The notes beneath the pieces were generated by a model, which made no database searches, was not told the origin of the DNA, and saw only the letters and a list, made by a program, of their open reading frames with translations. A stretch of 60,775 bases of DNA, counting the filler, from Trichosphaerium sp. ATCC 40318 (taxonomy: Eukaryota > Protista > Tubulinea): NCBI GenBank assembly GCA_038496445.1. It is 4 parts of 4 records of this genome, joined end to end, with 100 filler letters (N's around TTAATTAATTAA, not from the genome) between each part and the next. Parts side by side here need not be neighbours in the genome. Positions count along the whole stretch, not along the records: positions 20,685 to 43,264 come from JALMLS010000189.1; 3 more parts are not named here. One strand, given 5' to 3'. This document shows, one piece after another, positions 23,801-35,212 of the stretch. A program made the position numbers and the translations under genes. Position 1 is the stretch's first letter. Each line of letters opens with the position of its first letter.

Positions 23801-26475
23801 AACCTCCAACCACCAGACTTTTTACGAACCATAACTACAGGAGAACTCCAAGAGGATTTAGACTCTCTAATAACACCATCTTCAAGCATCTTACAAACTT
23901 CATCCTTAAGAATCTTAGCTTGAGCTGGATTCATGGGTCGGTAAGGGATGTTGATTGGTTGCTGACCAGGAGGAGTGTGTATGAAGTGTTGAGCACCTCT
24001 CACTTGACCTGGTTGTACGAGTTTCTCTGCAGTTACGTCCATGTACATAGCTAATAAACGATACGTCTTTTCCTTTTGTTCAGGAGTGATGTCAGAGTGA
24101 TCAAGATTGAAAGACTGTTTAGCTTTTCGGATCTTTTCCTCACTAACCTTCTGAGAACGTAAATCGACTAGCTCTTTTGCATAATCAATGTCCATGGATA
24201 GGACTTCATTGGTTTCTTCAATGCTCTTGAACTGAGCTAATTTATAACCTCTAGGTATAGCTACATCACGATTGGATGCATTCATAACACGAACAGGTAC
24301 CATACTTTTGATAACCTGGCTAATGGAAGCAGCTAACTGTACACCGGTGTCCTCATAGAGTTGAGTTCTACCATCCACTGCTAAAACCTCTAGAGCCGAA
24401 ACAATACCTTGCTTACCTTTGAGAGGTGTAGCTAGTTTGGCAAAGAACGTTACTTGAGATCGCTTGGGGATGATGACACGGTTACCAGTAATCACGGTAG
24501 TGCAATCACTTTTATATACCTTTCTCCGAGTGGTACTAAGAGGCACTTCCTCTTTAATACTGTTGCGAAGGCATTTCTTATTGAAATCCATCACTAAACC
24601 TTGTTCAATAAACACATTCATACCCAATAATAATTCGTATTTGAAATTATTAATCACATGACACTCAACTTCATACGTTTGAGTACCAATAGTGACAGGT
24701 ATACTGGCTAAACCAACAGCTGTCATAGCGTGGTTATCCGCAGTAAGAATGGGTGGTAGCTTAGTCTTTCTTACTTTAGAATGTAAGTGCATGTCACCTA
24801 TCAACTTAGAACTCACAATACTAATACTAGCACCGGAATCTAACAAGGCAAGAACATGCTTAGACCTGACTTTAACCTTTGCCTTAGCCACATTATAAGA
24901 ATGAGTTGGCACATCAGGTTGGTCTAGCTCCATCACGGTGTTTGAAAGGTCACTCCAGAGAAGGTTAACATGTGAAGGTCCTGCTTTACCTTCTGAGGGT
25001 TTAACATGAGGCGAGAACTCATTATCAATAAAGTCAGAATAATAACCAAATTGATCTTTATTTTCTCTGTACAGATCGTCATTGCGATTCTGGTACTGAG
25101 GTACATAATTGTCATATTGACGAGGGTATTGAGGAGAGTAACCCATGTCAACATTGTTGAGACGTGGAGGAGGTTGAGGAGGTTGCTGAGACCTTGGGTA
25201 ACCTCTTCTACGATCATCTCTTCTTGGAGAAGGATGGACATCACGATAACGAGAGTCGTGATACGGAGGTGGTTGAGCAGAACGAGAAACATCTCGCCTG
25301 TTAGGGAATGCCATAGCAAGGTCCCCATAACGCTGGTGATCATACAACAGGGAGCCATCGGAATGCTTCAAGGCTTTGCACTTTACAGAAGAATGGCCAA
25401 TGCGTCTACAACGAAAGCAGGTTTTCCTTTTACCTTTACCACGCTGAGAATTACCATTGCCATGAGCATTAGAAGCTGAACCGCCGTTACCATTACCAGA
25501 AGAGCCATCGCCTTTATGACGTTTACCACCGTGCTGATCAAGAGCATTAACAGTAGGGGCTGGCCTTTTCAAAGGATTGAGAGGAGTAGCAACAGCAAGA
25601 GACGCGATGTGTAGAGCATTGTCAAGGGTCTGTACTGCAGATTCCCTATTCATTTCAAAGCGAACTCTACTGCAGATGTCGGAGCTAAGACCATCAATAA
25701 AAAGGTCAAGAATATTACTAGGCTCAAACGACACTAACTCTCCTTGCTTCTTAACATGGTTACACCATTCTTGAACCGAACAGCCCAATGATTCCATGCT
25801 AGATCTCCTTAACTCATCTCGGAGACGAATCATCTTGCCGGTTGATTTAAAATGACCGAGCAGGATGTTCAAGAAAACGTGTGGTGGTTGATCGAGACTG
25901 ATCTCAACGATCTTACCCCCGGCCTCGCCTTTAATATGTTGGCGGAGAAGACCGTTGTACGAGCGAGCATCGTAACCACCGATTTCAACAAAATTACGAA
26001 CAGAACGGAAAAAATCAATAAAGTCGGCATCATTAACCAGTGGTTTCAACTCACACCGAGCCTTCTTACCGAGAGGAACAGTGTTAGACCAGTCAACGCC
26101 AACAATACGAACTCCGCCTTCCCCCTTTACTTGGTGCGGAAGTATTTTTAGGATCTCTTGTCTACGCCGAGCAGAGTACAAAGGCCTACCCTCTGGCGTT
26201 CTTGGGTTACAAAGATCAAAGCCATCTTTCGGACTTTCTTCAACACCACCTTGAGCTGTAGACGGCAATGGCACGTCACGCGGTGAGTCGGTACTGGAGA
26301 GAGAATCTCCCTTCGGTGATACCGGAGTTGGTACTTTACGGGCGCTCTTAAGCTTTACAGTGCCATCCTTCGGCTTTACAGTTTGGTGCTTGCCTTTAGA
26401 TTTAGTTTTCTTCGGAGTGGACGTCTTCTTCGCGGTGCGCTTCTTAAGTTTAGGTTTTTTATCAGCCTCAGACAT
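20842..26475 (-). CDS. Single-ORF Gag-Pol polyprotein (1877 aa)
   Basis: CCHC knuckle CFRCRRIGHSSVKC, protease LLDSGA, RT motifs WRFCIDFRELN and YVDD, RNase H DASG, integrase HHCC plus D-D-E (MDLVG, LTDQG, QTERFN) and a GPY motif. Confidence 0.97.
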   Translation of the reverse strand: MSEADKKPKLKKRTAKKTSTPKKTKSKGKHQTVKPKDGTVKLKSARKVPTPVSPKGDSLSSTDSPRDVPLPSTAQGGVEESPKDGFDLCNPRTPEGRPLYSARRRQEILKILPHQVKGEGGVRIVGVDWSNTVPLGKKARCELKPLVNDADFIDFFRSVRNFVEIGGYDARSYNGLLRQHIKGEAGGKIVEISLDQPPHVFLNILLGHFKSTGKMIRLRDELRRSSMESLGCSVQEWCNHVKKQGELVSFEPSNILDLFIDGLSSDICSRVRFEMNRESAVQTLDNALHIASLAVATPLNPLKRPAPTVNALDQHGGKRHKGDGSSGNGNGGSASNAHGNGNSQRGKGKRKTCFRCRRIGHSSVKCKALKHSDGSLLYDHQRYGDLAMAFPNRRDVSRSAQPPPYHDSRYRDVHPSPRRDDRRRGYPRSQQPPQPPPRLNNVDMGYSPQYPRQYDNYVPQYQNRNDDLYRENKDQFGYYSDFIDNEFSPHVKPSEGKAGPSHVNLLWSDLSNTVMELDQPDVPTHSYNVAKAKVKVRSKHVLALLDSGASISIVSSKLIGDMHLHSKVRKTKLPPILTADNHAMTAVGLASIPVTIGTQTYEVECHVINNFKYELLLGMNVFIEQGLVMDFNKKCLRNSIKEEVPLSTTRRKVYKSDCTTVITGNRVIIPKRSQVTFFAKLATPLKGKQGIVSALEVLAVDGRTQLYEDTGVQLAASISQVIKSMVPVRVMNASNRDVAIPRGYKLAQFKSIEETNEVLSMDIDYAKELVDLRSQKVSEEKIRKAKQSFNLDHSDITPEQKEKTYRLLAMYMDVTAEKLVQPGQVRGAQHFIHTPPGQQPINIPYRPMNPAQAKILKDEVCKMLEDGVIRESKSSWSSPVVMVRKKSGGWRFCIDFRELNKVTDKDVHPLPRVRDLLDALSRAKYFSSFDAVSGYWQIPMAPEHREKTAFATRWGLFEFMGMPFGLKNAQATFQRHMNLMLSGLLWQTCLCYVDDIIIFSRSFEEHLVHLRLVLERLRAYNIKIKPSKSVLFRESIEFLGHVVTAEGVATNPRIIKAIVETRPPENVKEVETFLGITGYYRRFVANYARIAAPLNDLKKKDKVWCWSKECQEAFELLQRALITPPILQHPDFNLPFEIHVDASGRACGSALVQRVKGKQHVIAYHSYTFSDTQRRYSTIDRECLGIVMALREFKGYISFSQFKLIVYSDHKPLKYLNSLKNPKDVVARWLMEVQQYDFNVVYKKGVNHTDADALSRKPIAKICNLVTKHKPVYNWAHLQRQDPNLTVFIEYLEGGRIPTHLRRRHGFKEETFITNARQLTIDANTGMLYHVKKVVDAADPNGSNLIFQIVVPHAMRSVVLKQCHDMPFSGHFGFIKTYERLAERFYWPHMYADTREWCRSCYTCQRNKKARLPKGGFAVPFAVLEPLQVIAMDLVGPLPETPKGNKYLLVLTDHFTKWVEAFAITSKDPSEVSYKFVTEFCFRYGIPKQVLTDQGGEFVSEFSNKVYNTLHIDKRQTTAYHPQTDGQTERFNHTLIEVIRAFVNEQQSDWDYWLPYALFAYRTAYHHATQHTPYQLVFGRKPILPIDLVSDDIRVSMPDKYKIGDWADRLAHRLKYAYQLAKANILKAKREQARYYNKHRRAVQYKPGQLVWLWVPALKKDQKSKLTMKWHGPYSILQQTGPNNFMLDLPADSQMSRVVNVDRLKPFIDSYLRPLGQVSRTMARDAYLKRSVVTPPISDGDKSDNYVENEKALPDLPPVDEFSTKLKSIKAQGARHIQKVHNSRKHRRAPRVEILRDLLRDLLSSSSKFDRKTLDKQLKWLIGRGSLYIRSNTLQQRLLTEMKACPSADSLREWLTALIKQFPTRLASEVNLCLIEF

Positions 26476-26557
26476 AGTTTTAGTATCCAGTCAAGTGTTT
26501 AGTGTAATATCTATCGCCAAAGAAAAAAGAAAAGAAATTTAACGCAGGTAAATAAAT

Positions 26558-26573
26558 CCAGATCGTATCGCCA
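26558..26573 (-). promoter_or_regulatory. Putative primer-binding site of the Gypsy element
   Basis: The minus strand reads ...CCCACA-TAATT-TGGCGATACGATCTGG: a TGG start a few nt after the LTR-terminal CA. The matching tRNA was not identified. Confidence 0.6.
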
Positions 26574-26578
26574 AATTA

Positions 26579-27643
26579 TGTGGGAGGTTTATATCCAAAG
26601 AGTACGAGAGAGGAGCTGTTAACTTGTTTATTCCCGTGAGATAGTGATCTCCGGGTGATATAAGATACAAGGGAACCAATCTCCGAGATTACGGAGATAG
26701 GTTAAATTACGTTCTTACACTGAAGTACCTAGGGGTAAGAAAGAACTCACCCCTACCACAGAACAGACTCGAGGTATTTGTTAAAAATCAAGGAATAAGG
26801 CAAAGCCATTGTAAAGAAATAAAGTAAATATGATTTAATTTTTTCGGTTTGGTGAGTGTAATAAGCCACTTCAGTCATTATGTGAACTCTCTAAAAATAC
26901 AATTAAATGAACCTTCCAATGGAAATATTCTTGTGGAACTTTCTTCTGGAAATATTCTCGTAGAATTTGCAGAACAAGCAGAATTTCCGGAAAAACGGGA
27001 ATTTCCGGAACCTTCCAGAAACCTATGCATCTCCTATAAACGACGGCGCAGCAAAAAGGGTACTATGATGTTTGTTAATGATACACTAAGTGGGAAAGAA
27101 AAGGAGATTGTTGGTTTTTAGTGGATTAGGCCTATAGCAAACAATCACACTACGCTATGGCCAATCCTATTCAATAAATGCTTGCGCTAAGTGATACGAG
27201 AATATTCGTGTGATAGTTGGGTTTCATGAGAACCAGTTCTCATGACTGTAGTAATATTAGCGTTGCTGATCTTTTTGTTTCCGGATTTTTAGTTTTACCG
27301 ATTATCAGAAAGAACCAGGAGACTTACGGTCCGTTGAATTATATGCACAGTAAGCTTCGTAACTTATACGCTTATGACATACACAGCCACTATATTATCA
27401 AGAATTGTAAGGTTACCTTAGGCAAGTGTTCTGATTTCTGATGTCTAGCCAAGGGACTGTATGCTGCAATATTTATAGAGTTAAATTATTTAACATTGTA
27501 GTACAAATGGTTCTAACAGACTATTTTGCGCGTTCTTTACAATGACTTGTGATTAATCGTGAAAACAAAAATTGTCTATGCAAGCTTCACTAACTACTAT
27601 AGAGAAAATACGTATGCAACACTAAATCCCCAACATGCCCACA
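26579..27643 (-). repeat. Putative 5' LTR (about 1065 bp)
   Basis: Bounded by the 6-bp inverted repeat TGTGGG/CCCACA and adjacent to the PBS, with AATAAA on the element strand near 26630. There is no second LTR to confirm the outer boundary. Confidence 0.5.
26909..27040 (+). promoter_or_regulatory. Cluster of heat-shock elements followed by TATAAA
   Basis: Perfect four-unit TTCcgGAAccTTCcaGAA at 27003-27020, further GAA/TTC units from 26909, and TATAAA at 27035-27040. Confidence 0.6.
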
Positions 27644-28454
27644 ACAGTTTGAACAGGCTAAACTCCAATCCCAACCTATTGGTCTTAGGTTGTCATTAAA
27701 ATGAAGTGATTTTTGATGGTGTCAGGTTGCTTTAGCTCATGAATGTCGTAGCTAGTTGGTGCCGGTACTGCCTTGCATGCTTCAATACATTTAGCTTAGC
27801 ACGTGATTATACATACTTCTGGGTTAAATATATTGAAGCTCACATAGTTAAATGTAATGTATTCTTCTCTACATGTTCTAGCCGATGATAGATATACCAT
27901 AGAAGATAGGATAATTGCTACGGTAACTACATGTATTTTGTTTTACTTTAAAAAAGAGTTGTTGCGCTAGCAGTGGTTTTTTAGGTAGAAAGTCTTTCTA
28001 AAAAAGGAAATTTTGTGAGTTGTTCACCTAATAGAGTAATTATAGCTAGTAAACGTGAATTGAATTTAATTCCTAAGAAAGTGTAAAGGAAAGCTTCACG
28101 TTCGCATAATTTGGCTAATATTAAGCTAGATAGGCTATAGTCACTGGTATGTTTCGCTTGGTATTAAGGGCACCTTGAAAGGGAGCTCTATGTTCGACAA
28201 AAGGACTTCTGGCCCACGCTGACGATTTCGTAGCTAGCAAACCAGGGTATTGAGAACAAGGTGGTGAAAGAGCAAAAGACTTCTCAGTCAGAACAAAAAA
28301 AGAAATTGGTACAAAACGTATCTAATCTGACTCAAATTCCAGCTGCAGCTGTTACCCCTTTACTATCATTGCTACCCTATTATTGTCTTAATGGAAACAC
28401 ATGCTATTGGGATAATTGATCAAATACTGACGAAATAGGTTATCGTATTCTTTG

Positions 28455-29917
28455 TTATTGTACAGGCCACTTTTGACTCCAGTTTTTCCATACATTTGGC
28501 ATCAATCTTTTTACGTGAATACCAGTTGCTTTAATATACTCACACAATTGAATGTTTTGTTCGATATTATAACCAGCAAGTGAACCATAAATTTGCTCCA
28601 AGTTCTTTGAAATCAACGATAAAACAAGTTCATCTTTTTCTGATAGTTCCTCAACTTGAACTACAAATAACATCCATAGTAGCATGTATACATCAATGGG
28701 GTAACCCATAGACATGTGATAACATACTGATTGTATAAAACCATCCTCTTCATACAGGTAAGTACCGAGAACGTGAAATTAACTTACCAGTTTTAAAGTA
28801 GTTTGTTGGGATATTTATAAAGCAAGTTGTGAGTGACTTGATACAACGTGGATTGTCTTGTCTCCTGAATGCCATAAATAGCGCTTTAGATAATCCATTG
28901 TGTTCCTTAAGGCTGTTTTCCAGTGCATCAATAGCACTCAGTACCTCAACTACCTTTAGGATAGCAGCAAGGGAGTCTGGACTACTCAACTGTTATCTTG
29001 GTAAAACTGTAAAAAAAAGAACCTAAAAGTTTCACGCTCTGCTACGTCTCTATCCTCTTCCCCGCGCAAATGTACGGTAATTAAACTAACTAATGTATCC
29101 ACCAAGCCCTTTGATATCGCAAACTGTGTTATTGTAGGACTATAGTGAAGCAAGTTACTAAACAAGTATCCAAGTCGCTCTATTAAAGGACCATCTAAAT
29201 GAATCATGTGAGAAGAACTCAAAGTCGTTTTTAAGAGCAGTTGCAAAAGAACAACGCTAGGCGTACTTAGTGAATTTTTTAGGAAAAATATCAGGTGCTG
29301 TATAACCGCTTTTTGTTCTAGAAGCTTCATCCATGAACCACGTGCAGAGTTATTTTTAACACAAACATGAAGAAGCCTAATGAATTACTAAGTTTCCTTT
29401 AAAGAACATTGCTGCTTACCTACAGATTTCTGTGAGTGTCTGTACGTCATCTGTGCTCATCAAAAAATCCATTGTTAACGAATACATATCATTTGTGATG
29501 AGTTCTAGAGCAGGTTCGATGAGTGCCATATTTGCTAAAATGCCAAAGCATATTTCCTTAATAGTGGCTTTAGAATTACTTCAAAAAGCGATTTGTAAGG
29601 TATTTACGTTTAGCCTTGGGTTTGCTAAGCCTGTGAAGGCAATTCTAGCTGAAACTACCTGTACGATATTGTTGGAATGTAAAAAAGCTGCTATTTCGCT
29701 ATTAGAGCTTAAGGGTGTTAGTACGTTGGCGGTTACAGGTATTTTACCTTGCATCCCACAAGATACAGCCCGAAGACGCGTTTTCTTCGTCTGTAGCAGT
29801 TTTTACCGCATTCTCAGGCGGTAGAAGTGCTTTTAAGTGGGGTAGGAAAGATGTCTTGTCAACCGTTGATGATACGGTTACTGTTACTCCTGGAGGTGGT
29901 TCTGGATTACTGTACAT
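28455..29917 (-). CDS. SAAL1: SAAL1-like ARM-fold protein; multi-exon
   Basis: MYSNPEPPP start, CILWD, EIAAFLH, IKEICFGILANMA, DDVQTLTEICRLL and IFFLKNS follow the SAAL1 motif order. Confidence 0.75.
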
Positions 29918-30182
29918 TCGTTTTTACAGTTACGCGTAAGAAAAACGCAATGAAAAAGAACTTGATTGAATTTTGTTGTTGCTGAGTTTTTCTTATTTTT
30001 TTCACCTTTTTCTCGTAGCTCTTGTATAGTCTGACAATTGTTGCGTATTACCGTTCAACGGGTTGTGATATCCTTGTTGTTAAAACTGCCGACAATCTGA
30101 ACGTGAAACAAAGGCCAATGAACTTGTAGCACAAATAACTATTGCCCGTATCATTCAAGTTTGCTAATCTCAACTTTTTGCT

Positions 30183-30908
30183 GTTTGTGACTTTTGGTTT
30201 TCGTGTTTAGTCAGACTGACAGATCTTGCAACTTCTGTTAGTTCTTACAAGATCTTGCTAGTTCTTGCAAGATCTGCTAAAAACTACAAGATCTGACGGA
30301 TCTTGTCAGTTCTGGAAAAAACTAATTAAATCCACATCCACAACACATATTATTGCGACACCAGTGTTGTTAACCAATATTTTATTTTGTACATTGGTAG
30401 CAGTTCTGTTAACGTCCTTTAAGGTCCAGCAGTTGTCTTGTGTAGTCTAAAACGTACTATTACGCTATACTAATACCGTAACCTCAGCGCAAGATACTTT
30501 GGAAGTGCTAGTAATTTTCATTGAGGTTTTAACGTTATCTCACGTTAAATACCCCTCTTTACGCCTGATTATGTGCCAGCATTCGCGCTTGGTGCTAGTA
30601 AGTTAACACGTAAATCAGTATTAATTCGTAGCCGTTTTTATGGCTCCTTGGGTGAGTGGTAATGAGAGTGCACCTAAGTAAAATACTGCAATCCATCTTG
30701 TGACTTTGACACAGTGCTTTTTCGTCTTGCCTTAATGTAATAAGGACGCCAAGCAAGTAAGTTGTCATGAGTTATAGAATGTGATGCATTCACATTGCTC
30801 TAGTCCTGCAAGTTTTTATCAAAGCTGTAAGTTCTTGCAAGAACTATCAAAACTGACAAAATCTGACAGAACTTGCACTTTGATACTTCTGCCAAACCTG
30901 TCACAAAC
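30183..30908. mobile_element. Possible non-autonomous foldback/MITE-like element with degenerate inverted subterminal repeats
   Basis: GTTTGTGAC at 30183 matches GTCACAAAC at 30900. Blocks of AGTTCTTGCAAGA/TCTGACAGA-type repeats at about 30215-30315 and 30805-30880 align in inverted orientation. Confidence 0.45.
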
Positions 30909-31515
30909 TTGAGTGATACGGACAATATCTATGTATATAGCCATCATAAGTGTAACATTCGCTCAGAGAAGAATCACCAAGACCAACCTTGTGATTCATC
31001 CCACAACAAATGTTTCTTACAAACATATTCGTTTTTGTAACTCTCGTTCTCTCCTCTCTGCTTCCAATATCATGGCCAAGGAGATAAATTATCAAGTAAA
31101 ACAGGCCCATGTACATTCCAGATACAATATTGGAAGCAGAGCGGAGAACAAGAGCTACAAAAACGAATTGAAGACTTGGAAAACGTAATCAAAGATTTAA
31201 AACACACAACATTTTTGGAAAATCTTGTACAAGTCTTGTCACCCCAAACATTACAGATACACGCTTCTCAAGATTAAGTTCTAGCTTTACCTTTATACCA
31301 ATTGTAACGCCATACTACGTAACTACCGTTGCTTACACGTGTCAGCACTTTAAAATTTTACAATCCAAGCGATAAGTAAGATCAAATAAAGCAGTTTAAT
31401 CCAAACTTGGGAGCGGACAAATAATAATGCCCGCTTAACAGAAATTCGTAGAAAGATCAGATTTCCGAGGAGCGTGTGCGGAACACATTTAGGTATAAAA
31501 AAACTTTTAACCATA

Positions 31516-33770
31516 ATGGCAACAACCGGCCAAACTTTTGACTTTGTAATAGTGGGTGGAGGTAGCAGTGGATGCGTAATCGCTAGTCGTATAGCTGAAG
31601 CATTGCCATCTAAAACAGTCGTTATTGTTGAAGCAGGTGCTGATAGTAATAAGCTAGATACACCAATACTAGACGATCCAACAGCATACGGTGCAGCGTT
31701 TAAAGGGTATTACTTTGTTTTTCTCTATTGTAGAGCTCAGTTTTGTTTAGCGATTATGATTGGGCGTTTAGTACAACTAAACAAGATCACGTGACTGGAA
31801 GGTACGTGGATATTGTCACTTGATCGCGAAAGTTAGTTAACTGAAATAATAGACAACTGTTCGTGCCACGTGGTAAAGTACTCGGAGGCTCATCCGCTAT
31901 TAACGCAACTGTATGATTACTTACCTTTTTCTCAATTCTTATATTTTTGGTAGGTATGGATGAGGCCCAATAAGAAGAATCTTCAAGCTTGGGCTAATGA
32001 CGGTAAGCAAACACATGCGTTGAAGGTATTTTTATGCTAATTTTTTTTTGTAAAGGATGTACTGCTTGGTCTCCTGACAAAGTATGGCCTCTCTTTGACA
32101 AGTTAGAGATCATGGCTCGTTCTGATACTGATAAATCTGTTGCTGGCGTGCGTATCAATGACGTCTATCTCGACAAAGTAGACCCTATTGGGCAGTACGA
32201 TTAAATGTGTTATTTGTTTCAGTTTTTTCTCTTTTTTAACTCAATAGTTGCTTCATTGAGGCAGCAACAAGTTTAGGCATACCTTACTACAAGCAATACA
32301 ACGAAATTCAAAAGGAGGGCGTTTCTTATTTGCAAGTGAATCACTTTGCGGACTCATCGCGTTGCTCTATTGCGGATGGGTATTTGTCTAAAGAGGCTTT
32401 GAAAAACCTGCCAAACTTGGACATTATCTGCAACACAATGGTGACAAAAATCAATACTGAAGGTCAAAAGGTGACGGGAGTTTCATGTCATAGCAGTGAT
32501 AACGATTTCGTCATCCATGCCAAAACTGAGGTTATTCTTTGTGCAGGTGAGCGTAAAAAGAAAAAAAAGGACCCATATTAAGAAGCGTTTTAACAATGTC
32601 CTAGGAACCATACAAAGTCCTCAAATTCTTATGCTAAGTGGTATTGGACCTAAAGAGACCCTTGATAAATTAGATATACCGTTGGTATTGGATTTATGTG
32701 GCGTTGGGAAGAACTTTCAGGTAGGTTTTATAGCTCATGTGTTTGTTTTGACAATTTTGAAAAGGATCACGTTCTGGCCCCTTATCTCGTGTTGTCTAAG
32801 AACCCAAGCAACATCCGATCTAGCAGTGGATGCGCAGAAACTAATGGATATCTTAACGGCCGTTCTGTAAAGAGTGATACACCAAATATTCAACTGACTG
32901 CAGCCAACTTGCTTGTGGATATGTAAGTACTTAGTAACCACTTCCCGCTGAATACAATAGGTCTGGTAAACATCCACCATCCGCAGGTTATACCTTTTGC
33001 GTTAATAACTTGACTCCAAAGAGTAGAGGTGAATACAAAGTAGCTACTCCTTACATGCTAACTTTTGTTGAAAGGCGAAATCACTCTTGGTTCTCGTAGT
33101 CCATTTGATGCTCCATTGATTAATGCTAACTTTCTTGAGCATCCTGATGATGTGACGATACTTGTCGAAGGTATTGATAGTTAAACTGTGCGTTTAATGC
33201 TGTTAACAACGTGTAAGGTTTGCAAAGAATGCGTGAGTAGGAACACATAGGAACGTTTGGAAAAACCATAAGTGCTATTGTTGATTACTACTTTAGTGCA
33301 TTCGATAGTATAATCAAAGAAGAGTATAAGCCTGGTAAGAATGTAACGACAAAGGAAGAGCTGGAGGAATATGTTAGATCACATATTGAGACATTTGATC
33401 ACCCTGTACAACAAATATTGTTATTCGTTCATGTCTTTTTCATAATGATTTTTTAAGGTTGGTACATGTAAGATGGGAGTTGCCTCTGACAAGATGAGTG
33501 TTGTTGACCAAGAAAACTTGAGGTATCGAGTTTAACATTAGATTTTCAATCACGTGATACATATTTTTTTGAAGGGTTAGAGGTGTTTCAAATTTAAGGG
33601 TTGCTGATTGCAGTGTAATCCCAACAATAGGCATGTACTTCGATAGTTACTTTAGCTAACATCTTGTCACAGTCACTGCCAACACTTTGGCAACTGCTGT
33701 TCTTATCGGTGAATTTTGTTCAGCGTCAATCATAAAGGAGTACAGCAACAACCAAGAATCTGCGGAGTAG
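31516..33770 (+). CDS. GMC oxidoreductase (choline dehydrogenase/alcohol oxidase family); multi-exon
   Basis: Motifs [67 protein letters not shown] and [10 protein letters not shown]...ANT. Confidence 0.93.
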
Positions 33771-34218
33771 CACTAAGTGTTGTTCACAATATCTTGTGTG
33801 GCAAAGTATGAACATAACAAAGTTTAAATAAAGAGTTTATGAAGCTGTGCGACACGGACTTGTACAAGCAATTAATCTAAATACATATTCTCCCTTGAAG
33901 GGTCATTCATTCTCAACAAGCCAATTTCGGTGTTTTCAAACTAACACTTTTTTGTGAGCGAATGAAAAGGTTATCATAATGTCACTTGAGACCTCAGCCT
34001 CTAAAACAAATTTCTCACAGTTTTCTTTACTGCAACGTTTTTATAAAACCTAAGGTTCAATTGTACTATTTAACACAGCTAGTCAAATAAACAATGAGAA
34101 TATACTCAAGGACCTTTACCACTTAACTTATCTCATTGCGTTCACAAAGCGGGTAATACCGAAACAAGACTTAATAGTTTCTTAAGCGCATTTAATAGTT
34201 TGTCCACAACCGCTGCGA

Positions 34219-35212
34219 ATGGAGTTTATGCAAAGTTTAATGGAAAGAAATATTAAACCAGCATCCGGAGAGGGCGGAAATGAGGTATGAAAACGTTATA
34301 CTCGAAAAATACGCACGTGATTAACTTTAAATAATAAATTAGGTAAATTGTTATTTATTAAACATCCCAGTGGAGATACACCTCATAATTATCGATTTTG
34401 ATCTAGACGTGTATTTAAAGTGGCCACTTTTATCAAAATACACAGCAATAACAACGAGGTATGACTCTGAGATGAAACAACACGGCAAATGGAACAAAAT
34501 AAGAGCTGTAAATGTTGAAACCTCAGCTTACAAAATAGTTATCTCCCAGAAGATTATGGTTCATGGTAAACGACATGGAGAGAGTAAAGTATGGGATGAA
34601 TTTGGTCTATTGAGAAAGAAAACTGATTTTGTTAATGGAAAAATAAACGGTGATTACAAGGAGTGGCTTTGGAGTGGCCAAATTATTAGGCATTGTCAGT
34701 ATGTAAATGATAAACAAGAAGGTGAGTGCAAGACATGGTACAAAAATGGGCAGTTGTATGAGCTGTGTTATTATGTAAACGGCAAACGAGAAGGTGAACT
34801 TCACAGGTGGTACAGAAATGGTCTTTGGAAAGTAATGGCACATTGTGTTGATGATAACTTAGAAGGAGAGTACAAGGCATGGCACCCAAATAATAATTTA
34901 ATGGTAATAACCACAATGGGAAAAAATAAACCTCAAGGAGAATTAAAGAGATGGTATGAAAGTGGTAAGTTGTATCAGCATATTCATCAAGTAGAAGACA
35001 AACTATATGAACGTAAGAAGTGGTATGAAAATGGACAATTATTGGAGCAATGTTATTACATTAATAATAGATACCATGGAGAGTATAAGCGGTGGCATGA
35101 AAACGGTCAATTGCATAAAAGCTGTTCGTATATCAATGGAAAAATATGTGACAAGAAAAAATGGGATGCTGATGGCAAACCTGAGTCACAATCAGAATGT
35201 ACGATTTCATGA
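34219..35212 (+). CDS. F-box-like plus MORN-variant (MORN_2) repeat protein; one intron at 34285-34342
   Basis: About 24-aa repeats of G..K.WY.NGQL.....Y.NGK. Exon 1 (MEFMQSL...GGNE) splices in phase 0 to VNCYLLNIPVEIHLIII. Confidence 0.82.

Larger units (their letters stand above)
20685..27643 (-). mobile_element. Ty3/Gypsy LTR retrotransposon; the 3' LTR is presumably lost in the gap
   Basis: Intronless gag-pol ORF in PR-RT-RH-INT order, a PBS-like TGG motif, and an upstream segment bounded by TGTGGG...CCCACA. Confidence 0.88.

Noticed and set aside
21645-26542. Short alternative-frame and antisense ORFs within gag-pol
   Set aside because: Shadow ORFs of the long polyprotein with no recognisable motifs.
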